64,000 nt of DNA from a virus (lineage: Duplodnaviria; Caudoviricetes), in IMG/VR virus record IMGVR_UViG_3300011152_000015, positions 27,189-91,188 of that record. One strand, given 5' to 3'. Positions 9,658 through 19,028 of the stretch are shown here, one piece after another (position 1 is the first letter of the stretch; every line of letters begins with the position of its first letter). Both the position numbers and the translations under genes were made by a program. A model generated the notes under the pieces. That model was not told the origin of the DNA. It was given only the letters and a program-made list of their open reading frames with translations, and made no database searches.

Positions 9658-10176
9658 ATGAACCTCACCACCTTCCAAACCATGGCCTTCATCGGCATGG
9701 TCGCCGGCATCGCTATCGTATTCGGCATGGGCTACCTCGAAGGTCGCCGCCGCTCGCTCAACGACTGGCAGCAGTACGCCGAGGATTCACGCAACCAGGC
9801 CAACCAGCTGCGCGCCACGCTGCACCAGGTACGCCACGACCTGGACATCCAGCGCCACAACGCCGCCCAGGCCCTGGAGGCCATGACCGAGCAGCACGAC
9901 CGCCTCGCAAGCGAGGCCGCCACCCTGCAGCTGCGCCTCATCACCGCCCAGGAGCGCACCGAGGCCCTGCAAGCCACCGCCCTGAACGATGAAGCTGCCG
10001 AGGACCTGGCCGCCATGGCCGGCAAGCTCAGCCTGGCCGCCACCCAGTTCAGCCTCATGGGCGCCACCGACCAAGCCAGCAGCGCCCGCCACCTCGCCGC
10101 CAAGGCCCGCGACCTCAGTCAGCGCTACTACAACGCCACCCCCGTGCCGGCCCAGCAGCAGGAGCGTGCAGCATGA
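9658..10176 (+). CDS. Membrane-anchored coiled-coil protein
   Basis: N-terminal hydrophobic helix followed by an Ala/Gln-rich helical body. Confidence 0.65.
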   Translation: MNLTTFQTMAFIGMVAGIAIVFGMGYLEGRRRSLNDWQQYAEDSRNQANQLRATLHQVRHDLDIQRHNAAQALEAMTEQHDRLASEAATLQLRLITAQERTEALQATALNDEAAEDLAAMAGKLSLAATQFSLMGATDQASSARHLAAKARDLSQRYYNATPVPAQQQERAA

Positions 10177-11066
10177 TCAACGCCACCCATTACGTCATCG
10201 ACCTGGAAACCATGGGCACTGGCCCAGCCGCCGCCATCGCCGCCATCGCCTGCGTGGAGGTCACCCAGGGCGCCATCGGGCGCGAGCTGTACCACCGCGT
10301 GACGCTGCAGAGCAGCCTCGATGCCGGCGCCGGCGGCTCAGTCGATGCCAGCACCATCCAATGGTGGCTGCGCCAGAGCGAGGCCGCACGCGCCGAGGTT
10401 AACGGCACCCAAGCGTCCGTGAGCCTGTTCGATGCGCTCGGCAGCCTGAGCCTGTTCATGGCCCAGCAGGGGCACCCGAGCGAGATTCTGGTGTGGGGCA
10501 ACGGCGCCACCTTCGACAACGTCATCCTCGGCAGCGCCTTCGCCGCCTACGGCATGCAGCTGCCCTGGCAATTCTGGAACGACCGCGACCTGCGCACCCT
10601 GCTCGCCCTGTACCCCCAGGCCAAAAAGCTCCCGTTCGAGGGCACCAAACACCACGCCCTGCACGATGCGCGGCATGAGGCCAAGCAGCTGATCGCGGCG
10701 TTGCAGCAGCACGTGGCCTGCACACGCTCTTACGACCGGCCAATCCGCCCAATGACCATCGTGCGCGACGAGCTCGGACACTGGACCCACCCCGCCTGGC
10801 CGCAGGATGGAGAGGAAGACGCTATCCCGAAAACCTGGTTCGCGGCCCAAGAGCTTGAGTTGTTCATCGTCGATTTCGAGACCGACGCTTCTGAAGAACT
10901 GAACGATGCCTACTTCGAGCAAGGCAACCCTGACTGCAGCGCATGGCAGCCAAGCACGCCACCCGGCGAAGGGTGGTTCGTCTTCTCCCTCCACGATACC
11001 GAAGACGGTCCAGTGTGCATTTGGGTCCGTCCTGCGCAGCGTGCAGCAGAAGGAGCCGCAGCATGA
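10173..11066 (+). CDS. DEDDh 3'-5' exonuclease with an extra C-terminal domain
   Basis: IDLETMG, WGNGATFD, RDLRT, HHALHDA. Confidence 0.85.
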   Translation: MINATHYVIDLETMGTGPAAAIAAIACVEVTQGAIGRELYHRVTLQSSLDAGAGGSVDASTIQWWLRQSEAARAEVNGTQASVSLFDALGSLSLFMAQQGHPSEILVWGNGATFDNVILGSAFAAYGMQLPWQFWNDRDLRTLLALYPQAKKLPFEGTKHHALHDARHEAKQLIAALQQHVACTRSYDRPIRPMTIVRDELGHWTHPAWPQDGEEDAIPKTWFAAQELELFIVDFETDASEELNDAYFEQGNPDCSAWQPSTPPGEGWFVFSLHDTEDGPVCIWVRPAQRAAEGAAA

Positions 11067-11644
11067 AGATGGCCAAGCCTTCAGCTCAAGACATTGAAGC
11101 CGCAGAAGAACTGCACCAAGTGCTGCAGCTGATCGACGCCCGCTTCGGTGGCCCGCTCCAGAACCACGAGGCAGGCGACGACCTCGCCGTGTTGCTGGAC
11201 AACGGCACCAACGCCTTCGACAGCGACGACCTGCAGCACCTGCAGACGCTCTACAACCACTTGGCCCGCCTGCATCGCAACGCGCCCAACTACTACGGGC
11301 GCGTAATCGGCGGCATGCTGTGGGTGATCATGAACGAGGCCAATCAAATCCTCGATCCGAAGTCGGACTGCATCGACCTGCACCCACGCTTCCAGGAGAT
11401 GGCTGACCAGCTCAAAGAGGCCGAGCGCGGCATAGCTGCATTCAACGCAGTGATCAGCTACATGCTCGGCGAGGGTCGATGGGAAGAACCCTTGGAGTTC
11501 CTCCGCCTGTGGAACGAAGGCGACTTCGACGCCTTGCGAGCAGAGTGGCCAGACGCCCCGCAGGCCATCTACTACGCCGACCCACTGGCCGACCACGCGG
11601 CCATTGACGCAGCCCTGGACCGCGCCGACGAGGTATTGCCATGA
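11063..11644 (+). CDS. Phage hypothetical protein
   Basis: AGGAG RBS and ATGA overlaps. Confidence 0.65.
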   Translation: MKMAKPSAQDIEAAEELHQVLQLIDARFGGPLQNHEAGDDLAVLLDNGTNAFDSDDLQHLQTLYNHLARLHRNAPNYYGRVIGGMLWVIMNEANQILDPKSDCIDLHPRFQEMADQLKEAERGIAAFNAVISYMLGEGRWEEPLEFLRLWNEGDFDALRAEWPDAPQAIYYADPLADHAAIDAALDRADEVLP

Positions 11645-12240
11645 CCTGGATTCTCACCCGCACCGGCCAGCGCTTCGATCTGCTCCAGCCACGCGCGTCC
11701 CAGATTGCAGTGCTCGACATCGCCCACGCCCTGGCGCACCTGTGCCGCTTCAACGGCCACGCCAGTCGGCACTACTCCGTCGCCCAGCACAGCCTGCTGG
11801 TTGCCAGCATCGTGCCGCCGGAGCACCAACTGGCCGCCTTGCTGCATGACGCCACCGAAGCCTACGTCGGCGACATGGTCCGCCCGCTCAAGCAGGTGAT
11901 GCCCGAGTACCAGCAGATCGAACAGCGCATCTGGCTCGCCATCTGCGAGCGCTTCGACATCGCCCCGGAACTGCCGGAATGCGTGCGCGAGGCCGACATG
12001 ATCGCCCTGGCCACCGAACGCGCCCAGCTCATGCCTCACCACCCTGGCGAATGGGACTGCCTGGCCGGCGTTACCCCGCTGCCCGACGCGCTGGATCACT
12101 GGACGCCCCAACAGGCCCAGACCCAGTACCTCGATCGCCTGCTCGAACTGCTACAAACCACCCACCGCGCCCACGACCGCCACACCTGGGAGCGGGTCGA
12201 CGAAGCGCACGCAGGCCAGCCTGCGCCGATGTGCATGTGA
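11641..12240 (+). CDS. HD-domain 5'-deoxynucleotidase (YfbR/YfdR-like)
   Basis: DIAHAL..CRFNGH, YSVAQHS, ALLHDATEAY.GD. Confidence 0.88.
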   Translation: MTWILTRTGQRFDLLQPRASQIAVLDIAHALAHLCRFNGHASRHYSVAQHSLLVASIVPPEHQLAALLHDATEAYVGDMVRPLKQVMPEYQQIEQRIWLAICERFDIAPELPECVREADMIALATERAQLMPHHPGEWDCLAGVTPLPDALDHWTPQQAQTQYLDRLLELLQTTHRAHDRHTWERVDEAHAGQPAPMCM

Positions 12241-12244
12241 GGGC

Positions 12245-13030
12245 ATGGCCATGAGCGAAGAACTGAAGCCGTGCCCGTTTTGCGGGCAGCAAGAAGCGTT
12301 CGTCGAGCAGCTGGATTCCGATGCCTCGGTGGTGATCTGCCAGGGCATGGTTGACGAGCACAGCGCCTGCCTGGCGCGAGGGCCTGTCGGCGTGCAGGAA
12401 GACGAGCGTGAAGATCAGCCCGGCAAGGATGCTGCCATTCGGGAGTGGAACCGGCGAGCCCAGCCAGCAGAGGCGGAAGGGGTTAAGACCTGGCGGGAGC
12501 GAATCGTTGCCGCCCACCCCAAGAGCGAGCCCGGTTACTGGCCTGACGCGCTGCTGGTTGAGCACATGCAGCCAGAGATCGAAGAGCTTCGCGCCGCCCT
12601 GTCTGCCGTGACCGCCGAGCGGGATAGGCTGGATGAACTCAGCGAGTCCCTAGGCCGGCAAATTGTTGATGCCGGAAAGCGTGAGATTGCCTATCGAGAC
12701 GAGCGCGACCAGCTCCGCGCCGAGGTTGAGGCGCTGCGGAAGGATGCGGATCGCAAAGGAATGCGCATCAAGGAACTTGATCTGCTGTTCGGTCGCTACC
12801 TGCTAGCCATGAAGGCAGCGCTCATCGACGCGGATTATCGCGGAGACGAGGAAGGGATGCGGTGGATCTACAACAGCCTGGCAGGCCCTGGCGAGCTTCC
12901 GCCAGAAAACGAGAGCGACGCTCAAGCGTTCTTCGACCGGGAGATTAAAGCCGTGAACGACGGAATGGCTGAGGTTCTAGCGTGGCACAAGGCCGAGCGA
13001 GACGCCGCCATGGCTGCGAAGGAGGCGTAA
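12245..13030 (+). CDS. Lar-like zinc-ribbon N-terminus fused to a coiled-coil region
   Basis: ELKPCPFCG ... AIREWNRRA. Confidence 0.7.
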   Translation: MAMSEELKPCPFCGQQEAFVEQLDSDASVVICQGMVDEHSACLARGPVGVQEDEREDQPGKDAAIREWNRRAQPAEAEGVKTWRERIVAAHPKSEPGYWPDALLVEHMQPEIEELRAALSAVTAERDRLDELSESLGRQIVDAGKREIAYRDERDQLRAEVEALRKDADRKGMRIKELDLLFGRYLLAMKAALIDADYRGDEEGMRWIYNSLAGPGELPPENESDAQAFFDREIKAVNDGMAEVLAWHKAERDAAMAAKEA

Positions 13031-13212
13031 TGCAACCAGGCCGCCGCTCAGCCACCCGCAGCAAAGTCCCCGGCACGCTGCAAATGGGCCTTATGAAAGG
13101 CACCTGCGATATCTGCAAACGCCACCGTCTCGTTGGCAACCACACCGCCTGCTCTCGCCAGCGACAGGCCAAATACCGACACCTCTGGGAGGCGCCCAAC
13201 CAAGGCGCCTAA
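13030..13212 (+). CDS. Small Cys/His protein
   Basis: CDIC...R..GNH..CS motif; TAATG coupling. Confidence 0.55.
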   Translation: MQPGRRSATRSKVPGTLQMGLMKGTCDICKRHRLVGNHTACSRQRQAKYRHLWEAPNQGA

Positions 13213-13259
13213 ACAACACCCGCCGCCTCACCAGCGGCGGCAGCACGGACACAGCACAC

Positions 13260-14942
13260 ATGAACAACCTCTACCGCATTCACCCCCAGGCCGGCATGAA
13301 TTTCCACGGCCTGGTCATCGACAACTTCGCCGGGGGCGGCGGCGCCTCCACTGGCATCGAGCTGGGCCTCGGCCGGCCGGTGGACATCGCCGTCAACCAC
13401 GACCCCGAGGCCGTGGCGATGCACGATATCAACCACCCGCACACCCGGCACTACTGCGAATCCGTATGGGAAGTGGACCCGCGCGTGATCGTCGACGGCC
13501 GCCCCGTCGACCTGGCGTGGTTCAGCCCCGACTGCAAGCATTTCAGCAAGGCCAAGGGCGGCGCACCGGTGAAGAAGGAAATCCGCGGGCTCGCCTGGGT
13601 CGCCATCCGCTACGCCGCCACGGTCAAGCCCAAGGTCATCATGCTGGAGAACGTCGAAGAGTTCGTGACCTGGGGCCCGTTGGCCACTGACGGCCGCCCC
13701 TGCCCGAAGAACAAGGGCCGCACCTTCGCCAGCTTCACCAACGCTCTGCGCCGCCTCGGCTATCAGGTGGACTGGCGCGAGCTGCGCGCCTGCGAATATG
13801 GTGCTCCGACCATCCGCAAGCGCTTGTTCCTGATCGCCCGTTGCGACGGCCAGCCGATCGTCTGGCCCGAGCCCACCCACGGGGACCCGGCGAGCGAGGC
13901 GGTAAAGGCCAAGCGCCTGAAGCCCTGGCGCACCGCAGCGGAAATCATCGACTGGTCGCTGCCCTGCCCCTCGATCTTCGAACGCAAGCGCCCGCTGGCC
14001 GAGGCCACCCTTCGACGTATTGCTCGGGGCATCCAGCGCTATGTGCTGGAGTCGGCGAACCCCTTTCTGGTCAAGGTCAACCACGGTTACGACTACTTCC
14101 GCGGCCAGCCGCTGGACGAGCCCCTGCAGACCATCACCAGCAAGCTGGGCACCGGGCTGGTCGTGCCGACGCTGGCACCTTTCATCACAGAGCACGCCAA
14201 CGGCAGCACCCAGCGCAACATGCCCGCCGACGCGCCGCTGCGCACCATCTGCGCCCAGGTTAAGGGTGGCCACTTCGCATTGGTCGCCCCGACACTGGTA
14301 CAGGTCGGCTACGGCGAGCGCAAGGGCCAGGCGCCACGCGTGCCCGGCCTAGATAAGCCGCTGGGCACAGTCGTCGCCGGCGGGCAAAAACACGGCCTCG
14401 TCGCCGCATTCCTCGCAAAACACTACGGCGGCAACTACACCGGCCCAGGCAGCAGCCTGGAAAACCCACTGCCAACCGCAACCACCGTCGACCACAACGC
14501 GCTGGTGACCAGCCACCTGGTGAAGCTTCGCAACAACCAGCACAGCCAGGCCGTGACCGAACCCATGCCCACCCTCACAGCCGGCGGCGGGCACGTCGGC
14601 GAGGTCCGGGCGTTCCTGCTGAAGTATTACGGGCATGGCGACGGTCAGCCCCTGCAGGAGCCGCTGCACACCGTCACCACCAAGGACCGCCACGCCCTGG
14701 TCATGATCAAGGGCGAGCCCTACCAGATCGTCGACATCGGCATGCGCATGCTCGAGCCGCACGAACTGTTCGCCGCCCAGGGCTTTCCCGCCGACTACAT
14801 CCACAGCCGCACCGGCGGCGGCAAGAAACTCAGCAAGGCCGCCCAGGTGCGCATGTGCGGCAACAGCGTCTGCCCACCGGTCGCCGCCGCCCTCGTCCGC
14901 GCCAACCTCGGCCAGCAGCAGATTGGGGAGGAAGCGGCATGA
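13260..14942 (+). CDS. Orphan C5 DNA cytosine methyltransferase
   Basis: FAGGGG, SPDC, ENV, RKRLF, GNSV motifs. Confidence 0.92.
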   Translation: MNNLYRIHPQAGMNFHGLVIDNFAGGGGASTGIELGLGRPVDIAVNHDPEAVAMHDINHPHTRHYCESVWEVDPRVIVDGRPVDLAWFSPDCKHFSKAKGGAPVKKEIRGLAWVAIRYAATVKPKVIMLENVEEFVTWGPLATDGRPCPKNKGRTFASFTNALRRLGYQVDWRELRACEYGAPTIRKRLFLIARCDGQPIVWPEPTHGDPASEAVKAKRLKPWRTAAEIIDWSLPCPSIFERKRPLAEATLRRIARGIQRYVLESANPFLVKVNHGYDYFRGQPLDEPLQTITSKLGTGLVVPTLAPFITEHANGSTQRNMPADAPLRTICAQVKGGHFALVAPTLVQVGYGERKGQAPRVPGLDKPLGTVVAGGQKHGLVAAFLAKHYGGNYTGPGSSLENPLPTATTVDHNALVTSHLVKLRNNQHSQAVTEPMPTLTAGGGHVGEVRAFLLKYYGHGDGQPLQEPLHTVTTKDRHALVMIKGEPYQIVDIGMRMLEPHELFAAQGFPADYIHSRTGGGKKLSKAAQVRMCGNSVCPPVAAALVRANLGQQQIGEEAA

Positions 14943-15241
14943 CCTGCTCAATCTTCTTCAGCACCGAGCTCCCCAACGACCGGCCCCAGGTCAGCGGCGC
15001 CCTGCCCCGCGCACCGCAGCGCTGGACAATGGAATGGCTCGTCAAAACCCCAGACGGCCGCACCCACGTCAACAACTCACGCACCATCCAGCGCGCCACC
15101 GTCGCAGAGGTCAACGCCATCATGGCCACCACCATCGCCGACATCAAAGCCGAAATCGGCGAGCTGGCCACCTTCATCAGCTGGCGCCTCACCAGCCACG
15201 GCGGCACCAGGAAAAACCGCAAGGGAGGGAAGCGGCGATGA
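14939..15241 (+). CDS. Phage hypothetical protein
   Basis: ATGA overlaps at both ends. Confidence 0.6.
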   Translation: MTCSIFFSTELPNDRPQVSGALPRAPQRWTMEWLVKTPDGRTHVNNSRTIQRATVAEVNAIMATTIADIKAEIGELATFISWRLTSHGGTRKNRKGGKRR

Positions 15242-15516
15242 ACACCGCATTTCTGCTGATGGCGCAGTACAACGGCCAGGCGATTATCCCGCTGGAGCGG
15301 GTGTGCGCGGACTATTTCAGCCACCTGACGCCGGACAAGCTCCAGCGCAAGGTGGCCGCTGGCGAGGTCGATCTCCCGGTGGTCCGCATCGAGGGCAGCC
15401 AGAAGGCAGCCAAGGGCGTGCACCTCACCGACCTGGCGTCTTACCTCGACGAGCAACGGCGCAAGGCCGTGGCCGAGAATGACAAGCTCCACGGCCGATT
15501 CAAGCGGGCCAGCTGA
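15238..15516 (+). CDS. PrtN-family protein, probable excisionase
   Basis: MNTAFLLMAQY..AIIPLE.VC.DYF..SQKAAKGVHL.DLA.YLD; convergent with the integrase. Confidence 0.8.
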   Translation: MNTAFLLMAQYNGQAIIPLERVCADYFSHLTPDKLQRKVAAGEVDLPVVRIEGSQKAAKGVHLTDLASYLDEQRRKAVAENDKLHGRFKRAS

Positions 15517-16650
15517 TCACCGTTCCGCACGATCCACCCTGGCGCCCAGCTCAACGGGCGCCGCAATTATCTTCTCCAACCAATGCCAGCCGGCATATGG
15601 GTCGCCCCGCCCCCGCAGATGGGTATAACGCCGCAGCGAATTCCAATCCCGATGGCCAGACACGCTGGCCACCCGCGGGATATCCCAGTCCATCTCGAAC
15701 AACCGGCTCACGCCATCATGTCGAAGGTCGTGAAACCATAGGTCGTCCAACTCCAGGAACTGGCCCGCCCGGGTAAACGAAGCGGAGATCGAGTCGCTGT
15801 TGTACGGAAAGATTTCTTCACACTGCCTCGGCATGCTGTGCAGAATCGCCCAGGCCTCATCCGGCAGATGGCACCACACATCGTTGCCGATCTTCTGGCC
15901 AGGGTTCTTCATATCGCGAACCAGTACCGCCTGCCTCTTTTCATCCAGGTCGGCCCATCGGATACGCGTTATCTCCTCCTGACGCCGCGTGGAGAAAATG
16001 GCGAAACCGATGACCTTCGGCATGTTGATGGAGGTCGGGCGACGCTTCTGCATCTCGAAGAAATGCTCGAGCAGCCTGTCCAGCTCATCCGCCGTGGGCC
16101 GGCGCTCGCGCTCTTCGCTCTTGGTGCGCACCCCGAGCTTGCGCAACACCTTGCGCGCATCACCAACCGCGTGCGGGTCGACGTCATAGCCCCAGGCCGG
16201 CTTGGCCACCGATAGCACCGCCCCGAGGTGAGCCAGATCATTGCCAACGGTCTGCCCCTTCACGCCGCCGCCCTCTGGCCCCATCCGCCAGGTCGCGAAC
16301 TCCACCAGCCGCTGGCTGTTCACCTCGGCATCGGTCAAGTCACCCAGCCAAGTGCTACCAATCGCTTTCAATGTTGCACGCTTGGTCTTGCCCAATGGCC
16401 GAATCCGTTCGTACTCCTCAAGGTACTGATCGATGATATCTCGCAGTATCAGCGCCTTGCGATTCGCCCGCTCGAGCGCACCGGGCTCGGCCAGCTCCGT
16501 CTCCCGTCGCTTTACCCAAGCCTGGGCAGTCTGCTTGCGGTCGAAGGTCTGGCTTTCTTGGTAGACTACCTTTCCTTCGCGCTTGATCCTGATCTGCGCG
16601 GTATACCCAACCCCGCCGCCTTTGCGCGGCCGCGCCGTTATCGTCGCCAT
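15517..16650 (-). CDS. Tyrosine integrase, dusA-associated type
   Basis: R (STRRQEEI), K (DMKNP), HDLRH, SGHRDW, RYTHL; adjacent to a dusA 5' end. Confidence 0.92.
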   Translation of the reverse strand: MATITARPRKGGGVGYTAQIRIKREGKVVYQESQTFDRKQTAQAWVKRRETELAEPGALERANRKALILRDIIDQYLEEYERIRPLGKTKRATLKAIGSTWLGDLTDAEVNSQRLVEFATWRMGPEGGGVKGQTVGNDLAHLGAVLSVAKPAWGYDVDPHAVGDARKVLRKLGVRTKSEERERRPTADELDRLLEHFFEMQKRRPTSINMPKVIGFAIFSTRRQEEITRIRWADLDEKRQAVLVRDMKNPGQKIGNDVWCHLPDEAWAILHSMPRQCEEIFPYNSDSISASFTRAGQFLELDDLWFHDLRHDGVSRLFEMDWDIPRVASVSGHRDWNSLRRYTHLRGRGDPYAGWHWLEKIIAAPVELGARVDRAER

Positions 16651-16755
16651 CCTTTTCCCCGGTGCTACACGCCAAAACGGCGTCCTACAATGTAGCACCG
16701 CCCCTGAAAAAATGGGCAAAAACAGGCGAAAACGAGCAACAATCAGACAGCCGAA

Positions 16756-16875
16756 ATGCCAGAGAAAACCGCCTCCACGCCAGCAACCACGCGCCATGCA
16801 CTGTCCCGCCGCTTCAGCGTGGCGCCGATGATGGATGGGATCGACTCAAAGCTCTGCAAGCCCCGTATTTCCTGA
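16756..16875 (+). pseudogene. dusA: 5' fragment of tRNA-dihydrouridine synthase A, broken at the att junction
   Basis: Translates MPEKTASTPATTRHALSRRFSVAPMMD then GIDSKLCK..stop instead of the conserved WTDRHCR. Confidence 0.8.
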
Positions 16876-17128
16876 CGCTAAGCCCTTTTATAAAACCTTC
16901 CGTGTGCACTGTGTGTGCAATTTTGCGACCGCTCGTCATACCCTTTACGCGTACCGGCCATACCCTTTTCGTGGCCAAAGCGAAAAATCAGTCCAATCAC
17001 TAGGTTTGCCAGGATGAGAAATATGGGTAGTGCCGGTCTGTCCAATACATGGCACTGCAGACATCAGCCCGCACCTTCAAACCGTCCGAAAGCCCCTCTC
17101 TGGATCGCACACCGTTAAAGCGAATCCG

Positions 17129-17238
17129 CACTCATCGCCTGCGACATCATTCGGTTTCACACTCACCGACTGCGACAAATTTAAAGTTCGCACTCATGGT
17201 CTGTGACATCCAATACTTGTCGCATTGACACTCTGCGA
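17129..17238 (+). repeat. Four phased repeats CAYTSA-N4-CTG(C/T)GA with a 31-32 bp period; candidate oriT or att-arm region
   Basis: Copies start at 17129, 17160, 17191 and 17223 (degenerate). Confidence 0.55.
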
Positions 17239-17390
17239 ACTCCGCAATATACCGGGTCATTACAGTCACTTTAAATGTCTGGAAAGTCACTCAAGCTGCC
17301 TTTTGGGTCACTTATAGAGTCAGCTCAGTCAATTTTTTTAAATAAACTCTTCCCCCATCACTTGCTCCATAAGCATAATAAAACTGTATC

Positions 17391-17780
17391 TTGTGGGTGG
17401 CCAGTTGTGTCTATGATAGACATTTAATGCTGCTCACTCTCCTTCGGAGGTTGCGCGTGGAAAATAATAATAAGAAAGGCAGGCCAAGCATTAGTGAATC
17501 TGCTCGCCGTAACAAACCACTGATTATTCGCCTTAACGACAAAGAGCGCGAGACAATTAAGGCTAAATGCGAAGAGGCAGGCTACCAAGCCGCAGGGGCA
17601 TTTGTACGGGACTTGCTAATAAAGGGTAAGCCAGGCCAAAAGCAACGCATCCCCCTGAGTCACCTCCAGCTTTCATTGGAGCTGCAACGTATCGCGAGAC
17701 TAATCCAGAAAGGCAATGACTCAGAACATGTAGTTCGAGAGCTATTCGCACTAAACAATAAGCTTCTAACTGGAGAATAA
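17391..17780 (+). CDS. mobC: MobC-type relaxosome accessory protein; likely start GTG 17457
   Basis: KGRP..R.K.L.IRLND.E...I..K...AG RHH pattern; ELQRI; directly upstream of the relaxase. Confidence 0.8.
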   Translation: MWVASCVYDRHLMLLTLLRRLRVENNNKKGRPSISESARRNKPLIIRLNDKERETIKAKCEEAGYQAAGAFVRDLLIKGKPGQKQRIPLSHLQLSLELQRIARLIQKGNDSEHVVRELFALNNKLLTGE

Positions 17781-17784
17781 TAAT

Positions 17785-18975
17785 ATGATTGGTAAAATCA
17801 CAGAAAAAGGCATCGGCTCGTTTAGAAATCGCATTGAGTACATCTTTGGATTGCGCAAGCATGAGCACGCCCTGACAACAATAAGAACTATCGGACGGAA
17901 CTGCTTTTCTCCCGATCCTCTTCGCCATGGCCACGACAAAGACAAGATCGATGTAGAAGGCATGATTGCCGAGTTTGATGCTGTCGAAAAACTTAGGAAT
18001 AACTCGATCGACAGTGACAGAGTTGTAAAGCCCGTCTGGCACGCAATCCTCGCACTGCCCCCAGGAGAGCATCTGGACGACCAGCAATGGCACGAAGCGA
18101 TCGAGATGTATCTTGCCGACCTGGGTTTCAGTGACCTGAACAAGTGGGTTGCGGTGCTCCACGGGGACACAGACCACGAGCATGTCCACATCGTAGCTAA
18201 TCGCATTCGTTTAGATGAAGAGTTTTCCATGGTCAAGGACTCAAACGAGCGCTCACGCAGCTGCGACAGCACGTCTCGGATTGAGGATCACTTTGGCCTC
18301 AGCAAAGCCCCGGCTCCCACTGAAACCTGGGGAACGGCGATCTCCCGTGCGCAAATTGAAGCCGCTGAGCGCGAAGGAACGATCCCTCTGAAGCACCGCA
18401 TGATCGCAAAGATCGCGGGAGCTGTTGAAGCCACCCAGCAAGCCCAAGGCGACATGTTTATGCTTATCCGCCTACTCCGCAAACAGCAGGTCTACGTTCA
18501 CTTCACGAAAAACCAGGATGGTCAGCCCACCGGCATTGCCTACGAATATGCGGGCAAGATCATATCTGGACGCAAGCTAAAACGCAGCCGCCTCACATTC
18601 CAAAAATTAACAACCCAGGAGCAAATTTCATATGACCCCGAAACCTTTTGCGATCTTGAGAGAGAAGCTTCTCGAAGAGATAGCGAGCGCGAAGAACGAG
18701 TGCGAATCTACTACTTGGTTCTCAGAGCCAAAAATAGAAGACCCCTGCGTCTTAGCTTCAAGGCGCGCCAACAAAAAGAGCTCGAAGACACCATTAAATT
18801 GATCGTAGCCGCCATATTAGCTCTGTTTGGAATTCGAGCAAATTGGGAGTTTGAAGACAAAAAGGAAGGCGAGCACTACCACCAGCTCCGGAGCAATTGG
18901 GTAACGCTACCTCAAGCTGAACAGCAACAGGACTTATCAATGGCTTGGGACGACCACAGAGAACTAGCACTTTAA
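17785..18975 (+). CDS. MOBP-family relaxase
   Basis: MIGKI..G..F...IEYI (catalytic Tyr), PVWHAILAL, HGDTDHEHVHIVANRI (HUH). Confidence 0.92.
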   Translation: MIGKITEKGIGSFRNRIEYIFGLRKHEHALTTIRTIGRNCFSPDPLRHGHDKDKIDVEGMIAEFDAVEKLRNNSIDSDRVVKPVWHAILALPPGEHLDDQQWHEAIEMYLADLGFSDLNKWVAVLHGDTDHEHVHIVANRIRLDEEFSMVKDSNERSRSCDSTSRIEDHFGLSKAPAPTETWGTAISRAQIEAAEREGTIPLKHRMIAKIAGAVEATQQAQGDMFMLIRLLRKQQVYVHFTKNQDGQPTGIAYEYAGKIISGRKLKRSRLTFQKLTTQEQISYDPETFCDLEREASRRDSEREERVRIYYLVLRAKNRRPLRLSFKARQQKELEDTIKLIVAAILALFGIRANWEFEDKKEGEHYHQLRSNWVTLPQAEQQQDLSMAWDDHRELAL

Positions 18976-19028
18976 TAAAAAAGCCCCGCAGTGCGGGGCA
19001 GATAATAAATAACGGAAAATTGCCAGAT

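Larger units (their letters stand above)
1..16845. mobile_element. Prophage 1, early/integration half, dusA-associated; continues left of the window
   Basis: Primase, cII/cro/cI, PrtN-like, DUF2303-like, methylase and tyrosine integrase genes in typical order; ends at a dusA 5' fragment where GC content drops. Confidence 0.9.

Noticed and set aside
13260-14942. Methylase as part of a restriction-modification system
   Set aside because: No adjacent endonuclease; typical orphan phage methylase
8098-15516. PrtN-like genes as a pyocin locus
   Set aside because: The context is a prophage early operon and integrase, with no pyocin genes
16650-17130. tRNA or tmRNA as the integration target
   Set aside because: No cloverleaf found; the junction translates as DusA
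17129-17238. 31-bp periodic repeats as a mini-CRISPR
   Set aside because: The period is too short for repeat plus spacer and the repeats are degenerate
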